From Paramicrosporidium saccamoebae KSL3 (taxonomy: Eukaryota > Fungi > Cryptomycota): DNA of 32,000 nt. The translations under genes and the position numbers were made by a program. The stretch is taken from contig MTSL01000159.1 in NCBI GenBank assembly GCA_002794465.1, forward strand, positions 91,298 through 123,297, in the 5' to 3' direction. The notes under the pieces were generated by a model. It was not told where the DNA came from. It was given only the letters and a program-made list of their open reading frames with translations, and made no database searches. Positions 18,801-28,384 of this stretch are shown here, one piece after another. Every line of letters starts with the position of its first letter. The first letter of the stretch is position 1.

Positions 18801-21595
18801 TCCGAACGCCGCCGGCGGGAAAAATGCTTCATCAGGCTTTGCGTCGGTTTCCGCGAGTTACATTGGAGGCACAGGCGGTGCCCTTGACCCGGGATTTGCT
18901 TCGCATCGATGCAACTATCACTCCGACATTTGAGTGGACTAGTGCCAGTACTGCAGTTTGGATTCTGGTGGAGGATGTGGATGGAGAGACGATTCTGTTT
19001 TCTGATAGTTTGGTACTGAAGGCGTCTAATAAGAATTCGGCAGTCACTCTTTCAATGCACGTACCAATTCAAGATCCCCTGCCGCCTGCCTATTTTGTCA
19101 CGGTGATTTCTGATCGATGGCTTGGCTGCGAAACGCGTCTGCCCGTGGTACTGGGACCAATGGTTCTTCCAGAGAAAAAGTCACCTCCATGCGAGGTGGA
19201 GGGTACATTGCTATCGCCCGCTGTTGCATTTGCTATGCATCCGCAGCTCCAATCCTTGTACCGGGACGATTTTGATGAGATCCAAAGTATGGTGTTTCCA
19301 GCACTGTTCCGGTCTGACGAAAACGTCCTGGTGGGGTGCAAAGCGGCCAGCATTCCAGGAGGATCAGCGCTCGTCTGTGCTGAATTTGCCCTTTGGAGGG
19401 CATTGATTCAAGACGCATCAGCCAAGTGTGTTGTGATTACTAAATCCGAAGTCGTTTCCAAGATTGTATCGCATTGGCAAACAATTTTCGAGCCCACTTT
19501 TGTGTCGGAACTGACAGGGGACACTGCCACTGACTTGAAGCTTTTAGAACGCGGTGGAATAATCCTAAGCGATCCCCTCAAATGGGACCAAATCTCTCGT
19601 CGCTGGAAGTCGCGCAAAAATGTCCAAAATGTTTCCCTGTTCATTGTCGATGGCTTGCACTGGTTAAGCAGCGACCCGATCTTGGAGGTGGTCATCTCGC
19701 GAATGAGACTTCTCTCTTCCCAATTGGAGAAGAATGTACGTATTGTGGCGCTGAGTGCACCAATGTGGAATGTACGTGAAATATGCGGATGGCTGGGCGT
19801 GTCAAGCAATACGTGCTATAATTACGAACCCACCGTGGGTAGTGCGACAATCCAGTTACAGGGATTCAATTTTGGTCATTATCCTTCTCTGTTGTTGGCC
19901 ATGACCCGTCCTGCCTTTCGCGCTGGAAGGGATTCGGGAAAAGCGTTGGTGTTTGTAAATGATGCGAAACAGGCCCGGGCTACTGCAGCCGATCTTGCAG
20001 CCCTAGTTGTTGCCAGCAAAGAATCTGCTGCAGCAGTGTTGGACAATGAGCTGTTGGGTGATGAACTGTTGGATGGCGTTATGAGAGATCGAGTTGGTTT
20101 CTTGGATCAATCACTTGGAAGGGAGCGCATCCAAAAGGTAGTGGAGTTATTTAATCATGGCCAAATTGATTTTCTGGTTGCACCTCGTCAGATGGTGTGG
20201 GATGTGGAATTGAAGAGCAATTTGGTGGTTGTGATGGGCACTCAACAGTATTGCGGACGGGAACGACGCTATGTGGATTATTCAATGGCCGAATTGCTTG
20301 CATTGATTGCTACGGCTCATCCGACCAGTGGGACAGCTTTGATCATGTGTCACTCGTCCAAGCGATCCGCGCTGACATTACTGTTGGAGGAGCCGTTGCC
20401 GTTGGAGAGTGCCATGGACACTACCTTTACTGATCAGCTGAATGCCGAGATTTCAGTCCGTTCTATAGGCTCAAAGCAGGATGCAGTGGATTATCTAACT
20501 TGGACGCTCTTTTATCGTCGTTTGGCAAGGAATCCGAATTACTACGGCCTAACTGCAGTGGGACAGGTGGCTTTGTCAGAATATCTGAGCGAATTGGTAG
20601 AAAGTTCGATTGCCGAGTTGGTAGAGGCCAAATGCATTGAGGAGACGGAAGACGAACTGACCAGTCTGAATTTGGGACTTATTGCTGCATATTATGGCGT
20701 CAGGTGTGTGACCATTGAAATGTTGGCATTGTCACTGACAGCTGGCACCAAGACTCGTGGTATTCTGGAATGCATTGCAGCAGCTGCCGAATTTGACGAG
20801 TTGCCACTGCGACAGGGCGAATATGCATTATTGGAAAGATTACAGGAGCGACTGCCCATCAAGTTGGGCGACAATTTCCACGACCCGCATGTCAAGGCCA
20901 ATTTGCTTTTGCAGGCGCACTTTTCCCGCATCCCTCTGCCACACGCACTGGACATGGATAGACAAAGTGTGGTAGGAAAGACGCTCCCGCTGATTCAGGC
21001 AGCGGTGGATGTGCTCAGCTCATACGGATTTCTGGTCCCTGCATTGGCTGCCATGGAATTCAGCCAGATGGTGGTGCAGGCCGTTTGGAATACGGATCCT
21101 CCCCTACGACAGATCCTTGATGGCCCCGTCCTGCAGACAGTTGTGGAAAGTGGCATTACTTCTGTCTATGATTTGGATGCTTCAATGTTGGCTGGAATGT
21201 CCACAGCAATGCAGCAGAGTGTCGTCTTGGCCGCCAATCGATATCCGTCTCTTGAAGCAGAATATGGACTGGATTCGACCACTGTGACAATTGGACAGGA
21301 TCTGTCCCTTAGGGTTGCCATTACCCGACAATCTGCTCCCGGACCGGTCATTTCCCCCCACTATCCCTTGCGCAAGGAAGAAGCGTGGTGGTTGTTGGTG
21401 GGAGTCCCAAGCACCCGCAGCATCTTGGGCATTAAGCGGTTTGTACCCGGTGATACTGCCAATGTGCATCTTGAATTTGCAGCACCCGAAGTTGTTGGCC
21501 AACATTCCCTGAAAATGTATTTGGTATGTGATGCCTATGCGGGCGCCGATCAAGAGTTTGATCTCAGTATCATTGTCGAATCCGAGCAGGAGTAA
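15829..21595 (+). CDS. BRR2: U5 snRNP RNA helicase Brr2 (SNRNP200); join(15829..16537,16572..21595), start codon uncertain
   Basis: Plug domain (YRPRTKET...LAKRITDY). A 34-nt intron restores LDSLAFTQGGHTMTNKKC. N-terminal cassette with APTGAGKT, DEIH, SAT and QMLGRAGRP, then a Sec63 unit, a second degenerate cassette and a second Sec63 unit. About 1910 aa if the start is at 15829. Confidence 0.97.
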
Positions 21596-21799
21596 GTGAG
21601 GGGTTTAATTAACAAGTGTGAGTTTTGATATTGTGAGGCTTGTTAAATAAAGAGGTAGAGTGAGCAAATATAAACGATGCTAAAATATGAGCGATACCCG
21701 CTCTATTTGACGAGCCAGGAAATACAATAGGAGTTTAAATTTAAGTCGGCGAATTTAAGCCGACAAGTCGACAAATTCAGGTCAACAAATTTAACAGTC

Positions 21800-22420
21800 A
21801 TGCCGACTGGTTTGGTAAGGTTCATGCGGCCGCAGTCCGCATTGGTATCTTCTACATTGGTTAAACCCGCTGCAATAGCATTCAGGAAATACAATGCCGC
21901 TCCGGTGGTGCCATTGCGACCGCCACTCCCCAGTCATCTGACACCGCAGAACCGTCTGGAATACATCACCACCACATTGGACCAAATTATTAATTATGTG
22001 CGCACTGGCTCGCTGTGGCCCATGACCTTTGGATTGGCGTGTTGTGCAGTGGAGATGATGCACATGGCTGTCAGTCGCTATGACCAGGACCGTTTTGGCG
22101 TTCTGTTCCGTGCGTCGCCCCGTCAGTCGGATGTAATGATTGTTGCCGGGACGCTGACCAACAAGATGGCTGCGCCCCTCCGAAAGGTATATGACCAAAT
22201 GCCCGAGCCGCGGTGGGTTATCAGCATGGGCAGTTGTGCCAATGGCGGCGGGTATTATCATTACAGTTATTCCGTGGTGAGGGGATGTGATCGTATTGTT
22301 CCCGTTGATGTCTATGTTCCCGGCTGTCCCCCCACTGCCGAGGCTCTGCTGTATGGCGTGTTGCAGTTGCAAAAAAAGATTAAACGGTCTCGACCTGTGA
22401 CCATGTGGTTCCGTCGTTGA
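21800..22420 (+). CDS. NDUFS7: NADH:ubiquinone oxidoreductase PSST (20 kDa) subunit, mitochondrial
   Basis: [58 protein letters not shown]. The Arg/Ser-rich, acid-free N-terminus fits a mitochondrial presequence. Confidence 0.97.
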   Translation: MPTGLVRFMRPQSALVSSTLVKPAAIAFRKYNAAPVVPLRPPLPSHLTPQNRLEYITTTLDQIINYVRTGSLWPMTFGLACCAVEMMHMAVSRYDQDRFGVLFRASPRQSDVMIVAGTLTNKMAAPLRKVYDQMPEPRWVISMGSCANGGGYYHYSYSVVRGCDRIVPVDVYVPGCPPTAEALLYGVLQLQKKIKRSRPVTMWFRR

Positions 22421-22421
22421 A

Positions 22422-22427
22422 AATAAA
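22422..22427 (+). terminator. AATAAA polyadenylation signal after NDUFS7 (representative of a recurring signal)
   Basis: AATAAA begins 2 nt after the stop and is followed by a G/T-rich tract. The same hexamer follows RER1, BRR2, MND1 and, on the minus strand, WASP, all three HAD genes and CorA2. Confidence 0.6.
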
Positions 22428-22490
22428 GCCATGTTGGGTTAGTGTGTGTCTTGGTTGTGTAAACCGTTGGCTAGGGTGTAAATCAGCTTG

Positions 22491-22616
22491 TCGAGTAAAG
22501 TTGAATGTAGTTGGGCGTAGTTGAGTGTAGTTGAGGCATACTAGTCAAAGCTCATACATTTATACACTTATACACTTATACATTTATACACCTACACACT
22601 TGTACACTTATAAACA
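22491..22616. repeat. Back-to-back repeats at the convergent NDUFS7/PMC1 junction: 10-nt G/T-rich units (ttgagtgtag-like), then 8-nt A/C-rich units (tatacact-like)
   Basis: 22501-22540: ttgaatgtag ttgggcgtag ttgagtgtag ttgaggcata. 22553-22616: catacatt tatacact tatacact tatacatt tatacacc tacacact tgtacact tataaaca. Confidence 0.88.
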
Positions 22617-22642
22617 CTCATAACACACATGTAACACAGCTA

Positions 22643-25600
22643 TTAGTCTTCATTGGATGGGGGCTTATGAGCACGTCGGAGTGCAGTAAAAAAGGCCAAA
22701 CTTCGTCTCACATCTCCAATGGCCGCTTGCCAATGCAACCGTTCGCGTGACATGTAAATCCGTTCGGGTCCCGTCGGCTTGGCTGTCCAATCGGGTAGTA
22801 GACGGATGATCAGGGCAACGGGGAGCGATAATATTCCAATTCCCAACGAAATGAGCCATAATTGCCACGATATAGGGACAGTGCTAAAAGCGGCTCCTCC
22901 AAAGAACACTAGGAAGACTTGTGCAATCACAGTTCCCACCCAGATTCCAATGAATATATTGTTTTGCAGCAGACCGCGGAAGGGATTAAGTCCGCCATTC
23001 AGGATCCGACAGTTGATTTCGTTAAAGAGCTGCATGAACACGAAGGAATTAAAAATCACCGTTCCCAGAATGGCGTTGGAGGCCGGTTCGTCGGGCAGAC
23101 GGAATAATGCATGGCCTGCGTAAAGCAGGGTCAGCATGGCTGCCACCTGGAATATGGCTTGGCCAATGATCATTTTGGTCATTTTCACTGTAATCAGACT
23201 CGAATGACTCGGCTCTGGAAAGCGTTCCAGGATTTCTTCACTCGGCCGATCGGTTGCCAAGGCTAGCGCTGCAAAAGTGTCCATAATCAGATTGACCCAA
23301 AGCAGCTGTACTGCCGACAGCACTGATCGACTCTGTGGATCAAAAGCCGCACTGGCAAATGCAATGACCACGGCACTCACATTGACAGTCAGTTGGAATT
23401 GTAGAAACTTGCGGACACTATCGTTGACACACCGACCCCAGGCAACTGCCTTTACAATGCTCTTGAAATTGTCGTCCAATAGGACAATTGCCGAGGCTTC
23501 CTTAGCAACCTCAGTGCCAGCAATGCCCATGGCAAAACCCACATTTGCCGCCTTCAAGGCCGGTCCATCGTTTGTTCCATCACCAGTCACAGCAACCACC
23601 TCTCCCATCTCTTTCAACTTTCGCACGAGAATCTGCTTGTCCAACGGCGAAGAGCGTGCCAGTACTTGTAGTCGGGGGATCACATCTTCAAGGGCCTCGC
23701 TGGACAGTTCCCGAAAGCGGACCCCCTCCATCACCACTCCACCTCTCATCAAAATTCCGCATTTGCGAGCAATGCTTTGTGCCGTCACCACATTGTCACC
23801 CGTCACCATTCTGACAAAGATCCCCGCCTTTTGACAGGTCGAGACGGCTTCGAGTACTCCCTCACGGAGGGGATCCTCAATGCCCACCAAGGCAATCAAG
23901 GTCATGGCCTCTAATGGCGGCCCCTCTCCCTTCCGACTCTCATATTGGCTGACTGTCATGTCACAATATGCAATCGCTATGGTCCGCAGCGACTCTTGTG
24001 CCATGTCCATAATATGTCGTTTGAGGTTGCGCTGGTCATCCAAACTAATGGTTTCGATGCGACCCGATTTTCTAATCCACGAATTGCAAGTGTCAAGGAC
24101 AATCTCAGATGCGCCTTTGCAGTGAATCCGAACCATTCCGGGACCACCCGCTTCAATCACTGTCGTCATGGATTTGCGTTCTGATGCAAAGGGAAAGACA
24201 TCAATGACTTTGGCGTTGCTGCGAGTCGCTGTGTAATCAAAGTTCAATTTACGGATAAACTCGAGAAGAGCCGTCTCTGTCTTGTTCCCTATAAACATAC
24301 TTTCACCATGGCTCGAACTTTCAAAGGCCGTTGAGTTTACGGAAATTGCCTCGTCAAGACGTTCCAGTACGCTCGGATCGGCTGTTGAAAAGTCTTCACT
24401 CTTTCCCGCGTGATATTCAATGTCGCTGATTATGCCACGAACTACAGTCATTCGATTTTCTGTCAATGTGCCCGTCTTGTCTGAACATATACTTGTGGCA
24501 TTTCCCATCGTCTCACATGCTGACAGAACCCGCACCAAATTGTTGTCCTGCAGCATTCGTGTAGTGGCATAGGCCAAGGCCAAGGTTACGGCCATCGGAA
24601 GACCTTCGGGTACTGCCACCACTACCACTGTTACCGTCTCAATCACAATCAGTAAGAACCGTTCCAAGATTGTGGCCGGAGAAGGAAGGGGTGCCGAATC
24701 CAGGCTGAGCTGCACAATGTATTTAATGGTCAGCGTCAGGAACATTAACAAGGCAACAGAGGCGCCTGTCTTGGCTATCGACTCGGCAAGTCGATTGAGT
24801 TTGACCTGCAGAGGCGTTTCACTGACATCTTCCCGAAGCGCCATCATCATTCGGCCATGATAGGAATTTTCTCCAACGGCAATGCAAAGCATCTGTCCTG
24901 TGCCATCAATAACCTTTGTGCCTGAGAGGAAGAATGGATCAAGCTTTACATCCGTATCGGGATCTCCTTTTCTAATGGCATCCGTTTCGCCCGTGGCACC
25001 AGATTCGTCGCATTGAAGATTGTGTCCAGTAATGTAAACGCCGTCACATGGAACTATTTCCTAAAATTTATGGCAATAATTGCGTGACTTACGCCGGGCT
25101 CTAAAAGGACAATGTCGCCCACCGCAAGATCAAATATCGACAACCGATCGGGTTTGCCGTTCCGCAGGATATTTACCAGTCGATCTTCAGCCCTTTCGGA
25201 CAATTTCCGGAACTGAATTTCTCGCTGGTAGTCATTTAGTGCATTCACGAGGACAACAATAACAACTGCTACCAGAATGGCGGCACCCTCAATCCAATGC
25301 GTCAATGTTCCATCCCGCACATCTTGGTAAATCCCAATTCCAACTGAGACTAGCGCTGCCGCCGTCAGCAATAGCAAAATCTTGTCTAGTAATGCGGCTA
25401 GCATCATGCGCCAAAGGGAAATGGGCTCCTTGGCCGGAAGGGTATTCTTGCCAAAATTTTGTTGTGAGGGGGAACGTGCACTGTCGGCCAAGCCGGTGAC
25501 AAGACTAACACAGAACTGGCGAGCGAGCCCATTCACTCCGCCAAGCTGGCTCAATGCTTCGGGATTTTTTGGGTCAATCATGTGCGTCAACTGCGATGGA

Positions 25601-25740
25601 GTCAATTCGTAACAGACGCTACCCGCTTCCAGTGCAAGCTCCACGTCGCTTTGTGGACTTTGTGGCGGGCTGGATTTTTCATCCGTATGCCTTCCGCGGC
25701 CGACCAGACGACGGATTTTCTCTCCGAGTCGGCCCGCCAT
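22643..25740 (-). CDS. PMC1: P2B-type Ca2+-ATPase (Pmc1/PMCA); complement(join(22643..25060,25093..25740))
   Basis: A 32-nt GTAAGT...TTTAG intron joins LEPG|EIVPCDG and restores the DES..TGETD actuator motif. Also VVVAVPEGLP, CSDKTGT, MVTGDN, VTGDGTNDGPAL, AVQLLWVNLIMDT. The ATG at 25740 is preferred over the track's TTG at 25752. Confidence 0.95.
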
Positions 25741-26016
25741 GAATGTAAACAAGACCAGGATATGGAATGCATTAATCAGAGAAGGAAAATGAAAATGTGG
25801 CTGAGGGGTTAATCCATAATAGTCACGTTATAGAATGACTAGTGTATAGTGTATGGGGGTTTGCTACGACGATGAAGCGCAGAGATTAACTATGCTAAAT
25901 ACACTGCAGGGTCAAGTCTCGTTGTTTTATTATGACACATACTGAACATTCGGGACTCTAACAAAGATACTAACAATCTTGTAATAGATATTTTCGTTAC
26001 TTTGGCCGAGTTAGTC

Positions 26017-26738
26017 ATGGTAAGAGTCGTCAGTCCGCGGTCATGCTTGTAGAGTGCTGTGAAAAAGACCAAAAACTTGTCGTTTGAAGAAAAGCGCAAA
26101 AGAATGGGCGACTACTTTTTGGAGAAGCGCGACTACTTCCAATTGAAGGAGCTGGAGAAGCACCTTCCGAAGGAAAAGGGAATAGTGCAGCAATCCGTCA
26201 AAGAGGTCTTACAAACTCTGGTAGATGATAGACTGGTGAATCTTGAAAAAATTGGAACTAGCAACTACTATTGGTCATTCCCGAGCACGGCCTTACAAAC
26301 AGTACTACAATAGATACGGCTGACGGTGTAGAGGAAAACCAAGGTTGATACGCTAAAGGCGGAATTGGAAAAGTACGAGCGTCAAAGCACCGAGCTCAAA
26401 AAGCAGGTGAGTGAAGCGCTTGCATCTCGACCTGACGGCGCTGAGAGGGAAACTCTAATTAATGATTTGGAGGCATTAAAGAAGCTGAATCACGAATATA
26501 GCACTGAATTGGAGCAATTCAAAGAGATGGATCCAGACTTGTTTGAACAAAAGAGTAAGCCATGCTTAATGATCTAACCCAGATAGAAAAGCTAATGCTG
26601 GAGGCCAAGTCGGGCTCAGATCGTTGGACTGACAATATTCTCACCCTCCAATCCCACTGTGCCAACAGCTTTAATCTTAGTCGCAGTGACTTTGCCAGCC
26701 AGTTTGGTCTTGCAGAGGACTTTGACTATGTACAATAG
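26017..26738 (+). CDS. MND1: Meiotic nuclear division protein Mnd1; join(26017..26019,26053..26301,26332..26554,26587..26738), 208 aa
   Basis: Three introns (33, 30 and 32 nt) give [10 protein letters not shown]...LKELEK...[33 protein letters not shown]...RWTDNI...FGLAEDFDY. Confidence 0.93.
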
Positions 26739-26881
26739 CTATGGGACTGAAATAAAGAGTGTTGAAATTGGTATGAAAGTTGATGCAAGACGACACCCAC
26801 ATCGGAACTCTCGATCAAGGTGGATACTGTCTAACAGGGTCTCCCCAACTGCCACTCTCACAAAAAATAATTATTTTATAA

Positions 26882-27301
26882 ATGGGGCCGGCCGATGAAC
26901 AGCTCCTTCGACAGGTACTCGCCATGCTACTCTACAGTAGACGCTTCCACCGAGCGTCTCGACCGGCTCTCGATGTCTTTTCATCAGTTTTGGAGGCTGT
27001 CATGATGCTACTATGGCGGCAAGCAGCCAGTTTTGCGAGAATGACAGACTGTCCGGTAAGCCTGCCGGTGGTGATGAATGAGCTGTTGCGGACGGGGAAG
27101 CCGTTTTACTTGGATAGACGCGAACTGCTCGAGTATGAAGGAGAGCAGCCCGAGGGCGAAGCGGGAAGTGTGATGGAAGAGCGAGGACTGTTGAATGCAC
27201 AATTGAGGGTGTTGGCAGGGACTCGGGTTGATGAAAAGCTGCATTGTATTGTAGTTGACCCGTCGGCCGACGCTGTTGAGAATCCCAATAGAAATGTATA
27301 A
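26882..27301 (+). CDS. Small bromodomain-associated (BTP)-type histone-fold protein, TAF3/TAF8-like
   Basis: LLRQVLAMLL...FHRASRPALDVFSSVLEAVMMLLWRQAASFA resembles the BTP histone-fold pattern (V..I....GF......AL..L...L..Y...L......A). Recognised by eye only. Confidence 0.5.
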   Translation: MGPADEQLLRQVLAMLLYSRRFHRASRPALDVFSSVLEAVMMLLWRQAASFARMTDCPVSLPVVMNELLRTGKPFYLDRRELLEYEGEQPEGEAGSVMEERGLLNAQLRVLAGTRVDEKLHCIVVDPSADAVENPNRNV

Positions 27302-27313
27302 AAAGTTGCATGC

Positions 27314-27385
27314 TGGTGTCGGCGTGGGGGAAGGGTGTGACATGGTGTGATGGTGTAGTATAGAATGGTATAACGTGGCATGACA
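27314..27385. repeat. Degenerate G/T-rich pentamer tract (ggtgt/ggcat/agtat) downstream of the BTP-like gene
   Basis: ggtgtgacatggtgtgatggtgtagtatagaatggtataacgtggcatgac. Confidence 0.6.
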
Positions 27386-27504
27386 ATATGTTGATATAAT
27401 AACGCACTGATTTGTCAATCTTGGTACATGATACGATCGACTATCTAACAAATCCTATTTATATAACCACCTACCCTACCTACACCTACGGTCAGCAAAA
27501 AGTA

Positions 27505-28295
27505 TCAATAAATGTTCAAATAGCCATATCTACGTGCAAATACGATCAGTGCCAGGATGACTCCAATCGTGATATATGCTCGAATTTTGTCACGGTTGAT
27601 CCAGGCAACAATGCGTCTCTGTGAGGAATAGGCCATGTTTCCAACAACTTCAAAAGACTTCATGTTCAGAACAGCATGTCTAGTGGGCTCCTTTATGGGC
27701 TTCTTTGACTTTTCGGAAAACTCGGTCCAGTCTGCATTAGCAATGTACAAGAGACCATCTAGAGACGGCGAGGAAATGTTGGATCCATGCATATGGCCAT
27801 CTTGGACCAAGATGAACGAAGGTAGTTTCTGAACGGCAAGCGCGGCAGAGATGACTGGACTATCAGAAAAAGATACTGTGGCGAGAATGGGCGGGTCTGC
27901 GGGAGGGACGCTGCAAAGCTTGGTCGCTAAATCCTTCCATAAATTCTTGTACGGCACGGAAAGGGGACACCAGTCTGCCCGTCTAAACATTACGGTAGGG
28001 AATAGAACACTTACACCAAAATAAACCACTTGCCTTTGCGAAGCTTTGGAAGGTCGCTGTCAGTGAGCTGCATTTGGACGATGGGATCTCGTATTGCTGC
28101 CTTCAAGCCGGCTTGGATGGGGAATTCGAAATCTCGGGCTATGTGCTCTTGGTGTTGGGCAGAGGTAGTTATATTCACAGAGTGGACAAGTGGTGCGGTT
28201 GGAGATGTGGAATTTTGCGAACCATAGTAGACCCAACCCGCGCCAGAAAACACTGCAGCTATGGTCACTGATAAGGCATGGAACGTCGAGACCAT
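27505..28295 (-). CDS. Thioredoxin-fold transmembrane protein, TMX-like, CxxS motif; complement(join(27505..27982,28015..28295)), 252 aa
   Basis: A 32-nt GTAAGT...TTTAG intron yields KGKWFILVRADWCPLSVPYKNLWKDLA, which is the thioredoxin F/xAxWCxx pattern, followed by the cis-Pro region QKLPSFILVQDG. There is an N-terminal hydrophobic segment and a C-terminal TM helix (YITIGVILALIVFA) followed by RR. Confidence 0.72.
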
Positions 28296-28384
28296 GTCCA
28301 AGCGACTGACGGGCGAGACGTGTCAGCCAATAGGAAATAACCGACTTTTTGTTATTGAAGGATTGACAGTCAGAGCTGCTCGCA
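28296..28384. promoter_or_regulatory. Compact bidirectional promoter (89 bp between start codons) with a CCAAT box
   Basis: Divergent ATGs at 28295 (-) and 28385 (+). cagCCAATagg at 28327-28331. Confidence 0.5.

Noticed and set aside
19300-19760. Degenerate Walker A/DExH motifs in the second BRR2 cassette (GCKAAS, IVDGLH)
   Set aside because: The C-terminal cassette of Brr2 is known to be catalytically inactive and divergent, so this is expected.
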